Virus record (IMG/VR): IMGVR_UViG_3300044822_000145
Span: 1-51,817 of that record
Strand: one strand, 5' to 3'
DNA length: 51,817 nt
Origin: a virus
Taxonomy: Duplodnaviria > Caudoviricetes
Within the stretch, counting starts at the first letter, position 1. Every line of letters starts with the position of its first letter. Below, in pieces: positions 37,098 through 47,038 of the stretch. A model generated the notes under the pieces. It was not told where the DNA came from and ran no database searches. It was given only the letters and a program-made list of their open reading frames with translations. The position numbers and the translations under genes are program-made.

Positions 37098-38056
37098 GAT
37101 ATTATTCGATAAGCGTTTTCCCGCAAGCAACGAATTCAACGCCGAGCAAAACATGGTCATCGTATCCCAACGGCAAGATCGACCCCGGCGCGCTGCAAGT
37201 GGAATTCGACATACTCGGCAGCTTTCTCGGCATACCAGGCGGAGACGTAGGCGCATGCTCCGTTACGATACATGGCATTCCGCTTTCCGACTTGCGCCAA
37301 GCGCAGAACTATTACGGCTCGACTATCTCAGTACGCGGCGGATTCCAGAAGGGGCTTCCGCTGGCAAATCCCTCGCAAGCGGGACTGCTCGTGCAAGGGA
37401 AGGTATGGCAATCGTTTAGTAATTGGATCGGCGACGATATGAGCCTGACATTCGTCCTCGTCCCCTCCGTGGCGATTCTCGACAATCCGGGAAACTTTTC
37501 TTTTACCTGGGCGAAAGGACAACCGATTTCTGCCGCGATCCAAACAACGTTGCAAACCGTGTATCCGTCGCCCCCGTACAAAATCAACATGGCGATCGGC
37601 AACTATTCAACGCCGCAGGCCATACCCAATCACTGCTCAACACTCACCGAATTCTCACAGTTCATCTATTCGCAAACAAAAGGACTCGTGAATATATTCA
37701 TGTGGGACGGCGTGAATGTATGGGTAGTTGACGGTTCTGTAACGCCAAAGCCCAAGAGCCTCAATTTCACCGATCTTATCGGGCAACCGAAATGGGTCGG
37801 ATTCAATATCATGCAATTCATGACGCCGATGCGCGCAGACATTCAAATAAATACCATGATAAAAATGCCGCAAGGACTTCCTAACGCGCCCGGAACGGTG
37901 ACGACGACCGCTGTATCAGCGCCTTCGCAAGCGAAGTATCAATCGGCATTCCAAGGAACTTTCACCGTGCAATCGGTGCGGCACGTCGGCAACTTCCGTG
38001 ATCCTGACGGCGCATCGTGGGCGAGCATCTTCGAGGCGTATCCGAATGCCGTCTAA
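37094..38056 (+). CDS. Baseplate hub protein
   Basis: DLIGQP and HVGNFR...W motifs; position. Confidence 0.75.
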   Translation: MRYYSISVFPQATNSTPSKTWSSYPNGKIDPGALQVEFDILGSFLGIPGGDVGACSVTIHGIPLSDLRQAQNYYGSTISVRGGFQKGLPLANPSQAGLLVQGKVWQSFSNWIGDDMSLTFVLVPSVAILDNPGNFSFTWAKGQPISAAIQTTLQTVYPSPPYKINMAIGNYSTPQAIPNHCSTLTEFSQFIYSQTKGLVNIFMWDGVNVWVVDGSVTPKPKSLNFTDLIGQPKWVGFNIMQFMTPMRADIQINTMIKMPQGLPNAPGTVTTTAVSAPSQAKYQSAFQGTFTVQSVRHVGNFRDPDGASWASIFEAYPNAV

Positions 38057-38660
38057 CGATAACAATACACTATGGTTTCAGCGATCATTAAATAAGCAGT
38101 CTGCAAATCAAGCGCGCATGGCTATTGCACGAACGGGGCGCGCATTGCCGTGCGTCGTTACCGCCGTTAATGGGTCTCTTGTTACCGTTTCGTTTCAGGT
38201 GCAGTCATCGCAGCCGTACACCTTACCGCAGCTAACGCTTCCGAAGGCGGAAGGGCCGTGGATTCGTTCCCCCACGGCTGTTGGGGACTACGGAATAACA
38301 ATTTCCGCAGATACCAGCATCGGCGGAATAAATGGCGCAGGCGCGGGCGTTGCACAAGTCTCAACGAATTACGGGAACCTCAGCTCGCTCGTGTGGATTC
38401 CTGTCGCATCTTCTGCATTCCCGGCTGCTCCGAACGCAAATCAGGCATGGGTAAACGGGCCTGCTGGAGCGATTCTCTCGGACGAAGCGCAAACGGCATC
38501 CGTTACCGTGAGCGCGAATCTCGTAACGATTAAGGCCGGTGGTTCTACGTGGACGTTTGCGCCTGGGGCGTTCACACTCTCGACTGGAATCATTGCGGAA
38601 TCTCACCAGCATGGCGGGGTCGCGAGCGGCTCAAGCGATACCGGGCCACCGATAGTATGA
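38046..38660 (+). CDS. Baseplate central spike (Gp138/gpV-like)
   Basis: ALPCVV N-terminus and HQHGGV...TGPP metal-binding C-terminus. Confidence 0.85.
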   Translation: MPSNDNNTLWFQRSLNKQSANQARMAIARTGRALPCVVTAVNGSLVTVSFQVQSSQPYTLPQLTLPKAEGPWIRSPTAVGDYGITISADTSIGGINGAGAGVAQVSTNYGNLSSLVWIPVASSAFPAAPNANQAWVNGPAGAILSDEAQTASVTVSANLVTIKAGGSTWTFAPGAFTLSTGIIAESHQHGGVASGSSDTGPPIV

Positions 38661-38673
38661 CGGAGGATTCATA

Positions 38674-39027
38674 GTGCGAACTTGGGGCCGTATAAATGGC
38701 GGTGTTAATGGCGTCGGTGGAACATGGATTGAGGTAAGTACCGATTCCGCAGGATTCAACTGTTCGGTGCAATTAACGACGTTATGTCAAACGCTCAAGC
38801 TCGCGAGCGGCGAGGACCCGCTTAACGCAAATCTCGGCATACCTGGCCTCCAAAGTATCACACAACAGTTGGTGCCGGACGCCGCCGCCGCCGCCGTTCA
38901 AGCGCAATATGCCCCCTCGTTTGCATCGCTTACCGTGGCGCGCATACAAGGCTCATTTCCGCCGACCTATTCGGTGAATTGCGTTTTCCCACCGGGGGCC
39001 GTCCTGCCGTCCGTCGTAGCCCAATAG
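38674..39027 (+). CDS. Baseplate wedge (gp25/W-like) protein
   Basis: GGAGG RBS; LKL..GEDP....GIP motif. Confidence 0.75.
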   Translation: MRTWGRINGGVNGVGGTWIEVSTDSAGFNCSVQLTTLCQTLKLASGEDPLNANLGIPGLQSITQQLVPDAAAAAVQAQYAPSFASLTVARIQGSFPPTYSVNCVFPPGAVLPSVVAQ

Positions 39028-39028
39028 C

Positions 39029-40234
39029 GTGAGCCTTCTCCCTCCGCTTCTCTTCTCCGCATCAGGCGCACCGATCGCGACGCCTCCGGCGACCTTGAAC
39101 GCGCAACTTATCGCGCTTGCAGAAACGTTGTCTCCCGGCCTAACGATTTTGCCATCGGGGCTTATTTCGGACCTCGCGAGCACGGCAACCGGCGCATTAG
39201 TCACGCTCGATCAGGCTCGCGTCGAGGCCGTGAACGCCGTCGATCCCGGAACTGCGAACCCGTACATCCTCGCGCAGCTTGGCGCGCAGTTTGGTCTTCC
39301 GCAGGGATTGCCGTCGAACGCATCCGTCTACGTCGTGTTTGCCGGCAGCGCGGGCTACGTGATACCGCCGGGCTTCTTGGTCTCGGACGGCGTAAATCAA
39401 TATCAGATACAAGACGGCGGTGCTATCGCCACGGGCGGCACATCTTCGCCGCTGTACGCGGTTTGCACGGACTCGAATGTTTTTGCGATCCCGATTTCAA
39501 CCGTTACGATCGTGGTGACATCCGTCCCGAGCCCGTACACGTTGACGGTAACAAATCTCGTCGCGGGCGTACCGGCGCAAGCGGGAGAGACGATTGAATC
39601 GTATCGCTCCCGGCTCTTACAAGCATTCCAGGTCACGACAACCGGCACGCAAGCATATCTAAAGACGCTGCTTCTTGCCGTTCCCGGCGTAAATTCGCGT
39701 CTTATTGCCGTAAACGTCAACGGTGCGGCCTTCACGGTTGTGTGTGCCTCCGGCGATCCTTATCAGGTCGCACAAGCAATTTATGCAGGCGTAAGCAATA
39801 TCGGGATGTTGACGGGCTCCGCAGTAAGTTCCGGGAGAAACGTTACCGTCTCGCTTTACGATGCGCCGAATACCTATAGCGTGGTATTCGTGACCCCGCC
39901 GCAAGCAGTAGTGACCGTGGCCGCACTTTGGAATACGACGCTCACAAGCTTTACTTCCTCTTTGGTGATAAATGCTTACATTGTCGCAGCAATTCAAGCG
40001 TATATAAACGGGATATTAGTCGGGCAGCCGATCAATCTTCTCGTTTTGCAAGAGGCAATTCAGGTTGCTTGTGCTCCGATACTGGCTCCTATAAATTTAA
40101 CGACGCTCCAATTCACCGTAACGATCAATTCGGTAACGGCGACGCCGACGGCAGGTACGTCGATTATTCCTGCGCCGGATAACGAGACGTACTTGTATAT
40201 TTCGCCTAGCGGCGCAACGAGCGCGCAGGGGTGA
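39029..40234 (+). CDS. Baseplate J-like protein
   Basis: GYVIPPG, ETIESYRSR and VPGV motifs. Confidence 0.88.
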   Translation: MSLLPPLLFSASGAPIATPPATLNAQLIALAETLSPGLTILPSGLISDLASTATGALVTLDQARVEAVNAVDPGTANPYILAQLGAQFGLPQGLPSNASVYVVFAGSAGYVIPPGFLVSDGVNQYQIQDGGAIATGGTSSPLYAVCTDSNVFAIPISTVTIVVTSVPSPYTLTVTNLVAGVPAQAGETIESYRSRLLQAFQVTTTGTQAYLKTLLLAVPGVNSRLIAVNVNGAAFTVVCASGDPYQVAQAIYAGVSNIGMLTGSAVSSGRNVTVSLYDAPNTYSVVFVTPPQAVVTVAALWNTTLTSFTSSLVINAYIVAAIQAYINGILVGQPINLLVLQEAIQVACAPILAPINLTTLQFTVTINSVTATPTAGTSIIPAPDNETYLYISPSGATSAQG

Positions 40235-40235
40235 A

Positions 40236-40886
40236 ATGAGCGACTCAATTGCCGCGCCCACGCTGCCATTGCAGAATATATTGCCTGCATACCCCTACCA
40301 GCAATATGCCGACGACGTAAACATTTGCGCCTTCTTCACGGCATACAATACCATCGCAAGTAGCTATCTCGCATGGCAAAACCAAGTCCCCTGGAGCGTG
40401 TACACGAACGCGGGCGTGAACGGCCCGCTGCTTGATTGGATCGGACAAGGCATCTACGGTATACCGCGCCCTGTGTTCTCGACGCTTGCGACGTTCTTTC
40501 GCGGTGCCGCCCTTGACGCCGTGCCGCTTGATACGATAGCGATTGACGGAAGCAGCATCTCCGAGACGGGGACGGCGATCACGGCAACGGACGACTACTA
40601 CAAGCGCGTGCTTACGTGGTTTACATATATCGGCGACGGTCAGCATTTCAACGCGATGGTGCTTCGTCGTAAAATCGCGCGCTTTCTGTACGGCGTGAAC
40701 GGCACGGACATAACCCTAAGTCAGGTGCAAACGGTAAGCATCGCAGTGCAGACGACGCCGACGCTAGAGTACATCATCACGATTCCCTCTGCGGCGAATC
40801 CGGCTTCTCTGTACTTTCAGGATGCGTACAATTCCGGCGTCTTGATGCTTCCGTTCATGGTTGCCGCTACGGTGAATATCGTTTGA
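40236..40886 (+). CDS. Baseplate protein (DUF2612/gpI-like)
   Basis: GPLLDWIG..IYG and TDDYYKRVL motifs; follows J. Confidence 0.8.
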   Translation: MSDSIAAPTLPLQNILPAYPYQQYADDVNICAFFTAYNTIASSYLAWQNQVPWSVYTNAGVNGPLLDWIGQGIYGIPRPVFSTLATFFRGAALDAVPLDTIAIDGSSISETGTAITATDDYYKRVLTWFTYIGDGQHFNAMVLRRKIARFLYGVNGTDITLSQVQTVSIAVQTTPTLEYIITIPSAANPASLYFQDAYNSGVLMLPFMVAATVNIV

Positions 40887-40889
40887 GCA

Positions 40890-41249
40890 TCACGTCTTCA
40901 TGCTCGGAACCGCTTGCATGTCGCCTTCCGTATGTCCGTGCGGTCCCATTTCCATATCGACAATCCCATTCAGCGCATGCAAAGGCGATTTCCGAATATA
41001 GATAGCAGCGTTTCCCTTGCCGACAAAATGCAATCCGTGAATATAGCATCGGATATTTTCGTTAACGAGAATCTTCACATTATATATCGTGGGATTATCA
41101 TTGCCTACGGCTTGGCATGCCGCAACTTGCTCCGTCGTCAAAGAAAACAACACGCACCAAGCAAGACGCAACCGCTCCCAAATGCCTAGATTGATCTCCG
41201 GTTCAATCGTGTTGCCGTCATCGTCGATACGCTTCGTGTCGAATTGCAT
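40890..41249 (-). CDS. Hypothetical protein
   Basis: AAGGAGG RBS on the minus strand. Confidence 0.65.
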   Translation of the reverse strand: MQFDTKRIDDDGNTIEPEINLGIWERLRLAWCVLFSLTTEQVAACQAVGNDNPTIYNVKILVNENIRCYIHGLHFVGKGNAAIYIRKSPLHALNGIVDMEMGPHGHTEGDMQAVPSMKT

Positions 41250-41263
41250 GTATGAAAACCTCC

Positions 41264-42172
41264 TTAGATGAGCGTGAGCTGGCGTTCGAGGTCGAAGACG
41301 GCGGCTTCGAGGTTCGCCTTGGCCTGCGCGAAGTACGAGCCCTTGAGTTCGATGCCCGCGAATCGGCGCTTTTCCTCAATCGCAACGACGCCGGTGCTTC
41401 CGATTCCCATGAACGGATCGAGTACAATATCCCCCGGATTGCTCCACAGGAACATCGCACGTTCGATGATGTCGAAGGCTAACGGGGTCAGGTGGCGCTC
41501 GTCTTCGTCTTCCCGCGCCGATGTCGCGTTCAATGTTCGCGTAAGGCGAATATCCATCCATACCGGAGAAGCGTATCTCTCCCATCGTTTTTGCTCGACG
41601 TTTTCGCTATCGCGCGTCGTCGGCTCATCCTCGCCGATAAAGTATTCGATTCCCTTTTCGTGCTTAATCGGCACGGCGTTCTCGCCGGGTTTACGGAAGG
41701 CGAGAAGGTACTGAGGGATACCCGCGCGCGACATGGATGAATCTTTGCAGAGTTGCTTGTGCAACAGGCCGATTGCCTTTGTTCTCGTCACGTCGATGAG
41801 CGGGTCTTTCCAAATGCAATGCTCGCTATGGAAAATGAATCCGGCTTGTATGAATCCGCGTATGAGATCGCCCCGGAAATCTTTTAAGCCGATGTACCCG
41901 TCGCGGCCTTTCATGGCCGGTACGTTCAAGCAATCAATCGCGACGAGACGGCCAGGTTTGGTAACGCGAAAGAGTCCGTCCATAACGAATTTGAAATGTT
42001 CCCAAAATTCTTCATCGGTAGCACAATTTCCGATGTCGCGTTCGGAATCGCTGTAAACGTATAACGACATATAAGGGGGTGACGAAACAGTGAAGTCTAT
42101 GGAGTTTTCGTCCATACTCGCGAGAACATCCACACAATCGCCGTGATGAATTTTAAACGGTTTACTTTCCAT
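41264..42172 (-). CDS. DNA N4-cytosine/N6-adenine methyltransferase (beta class)
   Basis: SSPPY catalytic motif N-terminal to the LDPFMGIGST SAM-binding motif. Confidence 0.92.
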   Translation of the reverse strand: MESKPFKIHHGDCVDVLASMDENSIDFTVSSPPYMSLYVYSDSERDIGNCATDEEFWEHFKFVMDGLFRVTKPGRLVAIDCLNVPAMKGRDGYIGLKDFRGDLIRGFIQAGFIFHSEHCIWKDPLIDVTRTKAIGLLHKQLCKDSSMSRAGIPQYLLAFRKPGENAVPIKHEKGIEYFIGEDEPTTRDSENVEQKRWERYASPVWMDIRLTRTLNATSAREDEDERHLTPLAFDIIERAMFLWSNPGDIVLDPFMGIGSTGVVAIEEKRRFAGIELKGSYFAQAKANLEAAVFDLERQLTLI

Positions 42173-43469
42173 GAACGGCGTCCACCATCGCCCCGACCAT
42201 CTTCTCCGCGTCGGCTTGTTTTCGTTTCAGGTTCAAGATAATCTCTCCCTCGAATTCGGATGTCACGATATGCACGTTGACGGGATGCGTTTGGCCGAAG
42301 CGATAGCAGCGGCGAATTGCTTGATAAAATCGTTCGAATGAGTTCGACACACCGCAGAAGATTACATCATGGCAATGCTGCCAATTCAATCCATGACCAG
42401 CGACGCTCGGCTTGGTGACTAAAACGCGAATCATTCCGTCTGCGAAACCATCTAACGCTTTCTCCTTATGTTCATCGTCGTCCGCTCCGCTTATTTGCAC
42501 GGAATCGGGAATCGCTTTTGTAAGCGCGTCGCCCTCCACGTTTAGATCACACCATGCGATCACGGGAGAATCAAGCGCGTTCGCAATCTCCGCGCACTTC
42601 GCAACGCGCGCGTCAATCGTGGAACGCCGCACGTCCCTTTGATCGGATAACGTCTTCGCGAATTCCGGGATGAGAACGCCGGATGCGTGAATCTCTTCCT
42701 GGGATGCGGGGATGACGTGATGATGATAGCGCAGCGGCGGGAGAATGTATCCGTCATCGTTATAGTCGCCGATGTCCGAGGGCAGGCGCGCCGTGATCGC
42801 CCATGAGGATACCCATTTCCAGAAGTCCTTTTGCGCGTGTCCTTTCAATCTCCAATCGCCTGTATGGGTCATATCGTTTATGAAGTACATGGAGAGCATT
42901 TCCGTTTGCGTCATGACACCGAGGAATTGCGCGTGATTGCCTAGCTCGACGTAATCGTTCGGCGCGGGCGTTGCCGTGAGCGCCAATCGCCAGGGCGTAC
43001 GCGAGAACGCTTCGATGATCGCGCATCGGGTTTTCGAGTCCATGGATTTGAGGATGCTCGATTCGTCCAAGGCAACGCCCGCGAATTGCGTCGGATCGAA
43101 CTTATGAAGCTTCTGATAGTTCGTGATGTTTATGCCGTTGACGACTTGCGAATCGTCGGAGGCGATGTTCACCGTGACGCCGAGCTTCTTTGCTTCCTTC
43201 GCGAATTGATGGGACACTGCGAGCGGCGCGAGCAGAAGCACGGGCTTATTTTCCAATGCGTGAACATGCCGAAGCCATTCAAGTGCGATGAACCCCTTAC
43301 CTAATCCCGTATCGCAGAAGGTCGCGCATTGTCCGCGTTCTAACGCCTTAAGAACGATGTCCCGTTGGAACTCGAAAAGCATCGGGCTAATGGAATCGCG
43401 GGGAACCGTCTTCCCATGAGAACGTGCGCGCCGTGTTTTCGACGCGAGAAACTCTTCGTAGCTCACCAT
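42162..43469 (-). CDS. SNF2/DEAD-like superfamily 2 helicase
   Basis: DTGLGK, LDESS, TATPAPN, GHGLNWQ and QAIRRCYRFGQ motifs. Confidence 0.92.
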   Translation of the reverse strand: MVSYEEFLASKTRRARSHGKTVPRDSISPMLFEFQRDIVLKALERGQCATFCDTGLGKGFIALEWLRHVHALENKPVLLLAPLAVSHQFAKEAKKLGVTVNIASDDSQVVNGINITNYQKLHKFDPTQFAGVALDESSILKSMDSKTRCAIIEAFSRTPWRLALTATPAPNDYVELGNHAQFLGVMTQTEMLSMYFINDMTHTGDWRLKGHAQKDFWKWVSSWAITARLPSDIGDYNDDGYILPPLRYHHHVIPASQEEIHASGVLIPEFAKTLSDQRDVRRSTIDARVAKCAEIANALDSPVIAWCDLNVEGDALTKAIPDSVQISGADDDEHKEKALDGFADGMIRVLVTKPSVAGHGLNWQHCHDVIFCGVSNSFERFYQAIRRCYRFGQTHPVNVHIVTSEFEGEIILNLKRKQADAEKMVGAMVDAVHGK

Positions 43470-43645
43470 GCGCGTTTATGCGCGGGATTGAAGTCGATAA
43501 GCACATTGCGCCGTGCAATGATGACGTTCACGATGTCCGTGGTAAGCGCGTGCTTATCGAGTAGCTCGTTGCCGATGAGAAACAGGTCCTTCGTCGTTTG
43601 CGCCGCTTCGATGCGGGCGAGGATTGCCGGGTCGATACCGCTCAC
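43463..43645 (-). CDS. Hypothetical protein
   Basis: Overlap-coupled in the minus-strand operon. Confidence 0.55.
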   Translation of the reverse strand: MSGIDPAILARIEAAQTTKDLFLIGNELLDKHALTTDIVNVIIARRNVLIDFNPAHKRAW

Positions 43646-43779
43646 ATTTTCCCTTTGATATAATCACCCATAAACTTCAGTATATCCGTTTGCCCCTTGA
43701 AGAGAGATGTGAATGATATGAGCGTCACGCATGTATTTAGGACGCAGAAGCCTATAACGACAAGCTCGAATACATTCAT
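43642..43779 (-). CDS. Small membrane protein
   Basis: ATG 43779 (ATGA overlap); hydrophobic N-terminus. Confidence 0.5.
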   Translation of the reverse strand: MNVFELVVIGFCVLNTCVTLISFTSLFKGQTDILKFMGDYIKGKM

Positions 43780-44060
43780 GCTTTCCCGCAATGCGCGCAG
43801 CGCGCTCCGGCCTTCGCGATGTGCCCGCAATGCGAACAGACGGCAATCGTGAAGTCGTCCTGCTTGTAGAGAGCGTACAGCTTTTCGACTATTTCCGGCG
43901 GCAACGTCGCGAGATCGTGCTCCGCTTCGTTGAGGAGTGGGACGATGATGCCGACGTGATGCGCTGCCGTGCGCTGCGAGACGTGCGCCTCTTTCCTCGC
44001 GTGTTGTAGGGCGCTTGCGTGGGCTTTGCCGCCGCCGACCGTCGTCATAACGCGGCTCAC
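43776..44060 (-). CDS. XRE-type HTH protein with C-terminal zinc ribbon
   Basis: LQHARKEAHVSQRTAAHHVG...NEAE and CSHC...CAHC; GTGA-coupled start (alternative ATG 44048). Confidence 0.7.
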   Translation of the reverse strand: MSRVMTTVGGGKAHASALQHARKEAHVSQRTAAHHVGIIVPLLNEAEHDLATLPPEIVEKLYALYKQDDFTIAVCSHCGHIAKAGARCAHCGKA

Positions 44061-44251
44061 CGATGCACGTCGTTGCTTTTGCACCATACTTCGTGCGTGC
44101 TTATCATGCGCTGCTCGTAATCCGGCGATGATATCGTTGCAATGGCGCCGCAGTTGCACGTCGCTCGGGCGAGGATTCTTGCGCGCTGCTTCGCGTCATC
44201 GTCTTCGAGTTTTTGGACTTCGCTTTGCAGGTTCTCGAACCACGTACTCAT
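44057..44251 (-). CDS. Hypothetical protein
   Basis: CNCG...HEVWC motif; coupled to neighbours. Confidence 0.6.
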   Translation of the reverse strand: MSTWFENLQSEVQKLEDDDAKQRARILARATCNCGAIATISSPDYEQRMISTHEVWCKSNDVHR

Positions 44252-44406
44252 TTGACATACATCCCATAAAGTAGGCGGCGCGCGACGCCGGGAGGCAAAT
44301 AGGGGGCTTGGCTTATGAGCGCGTCTTCGCGTTGCTCCTGGGCCGTGCGCGGGGCGTTTATGGCGCGCTTGGCCTGCATGGCGAGGGCGAAGAGTGAAGC
44401 ATCCAT
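44248..44406 (-). CDS. Hypothetical protein (52 aa), first gene of the leftward operon
   Basis: Own translation MDASLFALAMQAKRAIN...; ATG 6 nt below TATACT; stop overlaps ATG 44251. Confidence 0.6.
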   Translation of the reverse strand: MDASLFALAMQAKRAINAPRTAQEQREDALISQAPYLPPGVARRLLYGMYVK

Positions 44407-44469
44407 GCCTCTAGTATATCATAGGGTGCTTACAAAGTCTATTAAATATGGTACCATAGAGGCATGGAT
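44401..44469. promoter_or_regulatory. Back-to-back extended -10 leaderless promoters with a 13-bp perfect inverted repeat
   Basis: Leftward TATGaTATACT-AGAGGC-ATGGAT; rightward TATGgTACCAT-AGAGGC-ATGGAT. Confidence 0.75.
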
Positions 44470-44718
44470 ACGCGCTTCGCGGCTCTCATCTCTCGCGTTT
44501 CGACCGGCAAGCTTGCCTTGGCTGTTAAGGTAACGCCTACTACGGTCTCCAAGTGGAAGGCCGCCGCTTGGCTACCCCGCCCGCAGTACTACGAGTCCAT
44601 TGCTTCGGCATGCAAACTCACCGTAGACGAGATCGCCGCCGCCGTCTCATCCGATCATATCGAGCGATACCGCGCGCGTCGCGCCGCCAATCTCACCTCA
44701 CCGTCTCAGGAGTCCTAA
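44464..44718 (+). CDS. Cro/XRE-like HTH regulator
   Basis: KLALAVKVTPTTVSKWK...PRP...IASAC motif. Confidence 0.8.
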   Translation: MDTRFAALISRVSTGKLALAVKVTPTTVSKWKAAAWLPRPQYYESIASACKLTVDEIAAAVSSDHIERYRARRAANLTSPSQES

Positions 44719-46172
44719 TGGATACATCCATCGCAAAGCCCGATCCGGCGCAACTCTCCGTATGGACGCCGACATTCGTTTCATCTCCGAATGAAATGAA
44801 GGCGCGCGTCCAAGCAAAGCGCGCATTCTACAAAGACGTGATGACGGTAGAGCAGCATTACGGCAAGATTCCCGGCTCCGAGAAGGACGTACTATTTAAG
44901 CCGGGCGCGGAACTGCTTCTCTCCTCGATGGGACTTTTCGCCGACCTCGTTGACGCGCAAGTGATTCAGGATTACGACGGCAGCGCGCACGGCGGCGAAC
45001 CGCTTATCGCGTATCGTCGCGCGTGCCTCATTTATCGGCAAACGGGGCCGACCGAGAATGAGCGCGTTCGGATCGCTCGGGCTGAGGGCTTCTGTTCGAG
45101 CCGCGAAAAAAAGTATAGATACCGCGATTCCAAGCCTGAATGTCCCTTGTGCGGTAAACAGGCGATCTTCATTAGCAAGAAGGACGACGGTGCGTTCTTC
45201 TGCTGGAAGAAGGAGGGCGGATGCGGCGTCAATTTCAACGCGAACGATGAACGCATAACAAAACAACCGCAGGGTAAGGTATGGAACCCTGAGATTTACG
45301 ACCTTGAAAACACGATACTGAAAATGGCCGATAAGCGGGCATACGTGGCCGCTACGCTACTTGCGACCGGATGCAGCGACATCTTTACCCAGGACCTCGA
45401 AGACGATCATCACGAGCCCAGGAACGTCACGCCCAAGGACGCGCCGCGCAATGGTAACGGCAGCGGCGAGAGTGATGACAAGAAGTTGCACGATGCCCGC
45501 GCGGCGACCAAGGCGCTCATCGCCGAGAAGAAAATCCCGGCAAAAGATGTCGCGGTACTATGGGCCGACCTTATCGGCGACTTCCTCATGGATTATCCGA
45601 TATGGGAGTCCGGCGATATTAGCATGATTCGCGGCATGTATAAGGCGATCAAATCATGGGAAGCCCCCAAAGAGACGCCGCCCGAGCCGACGCGCGCCGA
45701 TGCGCTTCTTGCCAAGATGCAAGGCGTTATCCCCGCTGAAGACCATCCTGGAGACCATTTCGGATCTCCCACGCTGCCGCAAGAAACCGAGCCGGTCAAT
45801 AATGCTGAAATTACGCTTGACATGGTAACGCATCAAGCGAAGCGCAAAGGACTCGACAAGGACGACTTCAAGGTTCTCGTCGCAAAGGCAACCGGATCGC
45901 CTAAGCTTACGGCTGAGAATATCCCGAAAGTTTATGACGCGCTCACCGCATATCCGCTGCCCATGATCTCGGATGATGACCTCGAAAAGATCGCGGGGAA
46001 TGTGCCTCCGCCTGACATGCGTGCGCTCGCGGTGCAGGCGAATAAGTGCGGCATGGACATGCGCGATGTCTCGGCGCTTATCGGCGAGCTTGCGCTATCG
46101 ACCCCGTTGACAGCGGATAGCTACAAGCAGCTTCTCGGCGAGATTGATGCTCGCGTGGCGGCTGCGGTATGA
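44718..46172 (+). CDS. Putative single-strand annealing/recombination protein with zinc-ribbon insertion
   Basis: AGGAG RBS; HYGKIPG..K..LFKPGAE, CSSREKKY and NTILKMADKRAYVAA motifs; co-operonic with YqaJ. Confidence 0.6.
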   Translation: MDTSIAKPDPAQLSVWTPTFVSSPNEMKARVQAKRAFYKDVMTVEQHYGKIPGSEKDVLFKPGAELLLSSMGLFADLVDAQVIQDYDGSAHGGEPLIAYRRACLIYRQTGPTENERVRIARAEGFCSSREKKYRYRDSKPECPLCGKQAIFISKKDDGAFFCWKKEGGCGVNFNANDERITKQPQGKVWNPEIYDLENTILKMADKRAYVAATLLATGCSDIFTQDLEDDHHEPRNVTPKDAPRNGNGSGESDDKKLHDARAATKALIAEKKIPAKDVAVLWADLIGDFLMDYPIWESGDISMIRGMYKAIKSWEAPKETPPEPTRADALLAKMQGVIPAEDHPGDHFGSPTLPQETEPVNNAEITLDMVTHQAKRKGLDKDDFKVLVAKATGSPKLTAENIPKVYDALTAYPLPMISDDDLEKIAGNVPPPDMRALAVQANKCGMDMRDVSALIGELALSTPLTADSYKQLLGEIDARVAAAV

Positions 46173-46408
46173 CGATTCAAGAGATCAATCTCCTTTCTGA
46201 AGAACGCGAGAAAGCGGAAGCTGCGTATCGCGGGTATATCTCGATCATGCGCTACGTGAACGAACTTGAGCGCCGGTATGAATTGCCTGAAACGCATGTC
46301 CAAGGCAAAGACCTTGACGAGTCCATTACATTGATTACGGAGGAAATGTCTAGTATTGAAGGGCGCCTGACTGTTCTCGTAGGGAAACTAAGGAGGATAT
46401 TCGCATAA
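46169..46408 (+). CDS. Hypothetical coiled-coil protein
   Basis: ATGA coupling. Confidence 0.6.
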   Translation: MTIQEINLLSEEREKAEAAYRGYISIMRYVNELERRYELPETHVQGKDLDESITLITEEMSSIEGRLTVLVGKLRRIFA

Positions 46409-46581
46409 TGGGCGACTTTTTGGCAATCAATGGGCGCGACGTCGGCATAGCGGCATTTCCTCTTAGAAAGGATGCGTACCAAAACGAAGCATACGGCGAC
46501 GAGGCCATCTTCTGGTATCTCGCATTCTCAACATCCGAAGACGCGCGCGAATGGTACGACATAAGCGCAATGGAGTTTTGA
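46408..46581 (+). CDS. Hypothetical protein (57 aa)
   Basis: Own translation MGDFLAINGRDVG...; AGGAGG upstream, TAATG and TGATG coupling. Confidence 0.65.
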   Translation: MGDFLAINGRDVGIAAFPLRKDAYQNEAYGDEAIFWYLAFSTSEDAREWYDISAMEF

Positions 46582-46931
46582 TGAGCGCTACGATTCCGAT
46601 TGAGGAATGGCGATGGTTCGGATCGCCCATGCACTGTATCGTCGGCCCGAAATGCAGGTTTCACTTAGGAACGCAAGTCGGGAATTATCTCATAAGTACT
46701 ATCGGCGAATACTACCCCAACGGCCCATATGAAGCGACGGAAGCGCTCGGGCACAATCGGTACTACGAGCTTATGGTCTTTCCCCTCGCACCTGGAAAAT
46801 TGAATTGCGGTTGCCCGATAGTCGATTCATGGAGCACCATCGACGGGAACGGCTGGCCGGAAAACACACCTCACGAAGAAGTTAGCGCTGGTCATCTTGA
46901 AATGTGCCGCAAGTACGCGGAGATGCCATGA
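46581..46931 (+). CDS. Conserved phage hypothetical protein
   Basis: WFGSPMHCI...CRFHLGT...ISTIGEY...YELMVF motif. Confidence 0.7.
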   Translation: MSATIPIEEWRWFGSPMHCIVGPKCRFHLGTQVGNYLISTIGEYYPNGPYEATEALGHNRYYELMVFPLAPGKLNCGCPIVDSWSTIDGNGWPENTPHEEVSAGHLEMCRKYAEMP

Positions 46932-47032
46932 GCGCGCTCGCGTGCAAACACTGCGGCATGGGCTGGCGGGAAGCCGTCTTCAGGCCGTGCGCCAAGGCGA
47001 CGAATCACGAGTTCGCGCCGCAAATGCTATAA
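46928..47032 (+). CDS. Tiny CxxC protein (34 aa)
   Basis: Own translation MSALACKHCG...; ATGA overlap. Confidence 0.4.
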   Translation: MSALACKHCGMGWREAVFRPCAKATNHEFAPQML

Positions 47033-47038
47033 TGAACC

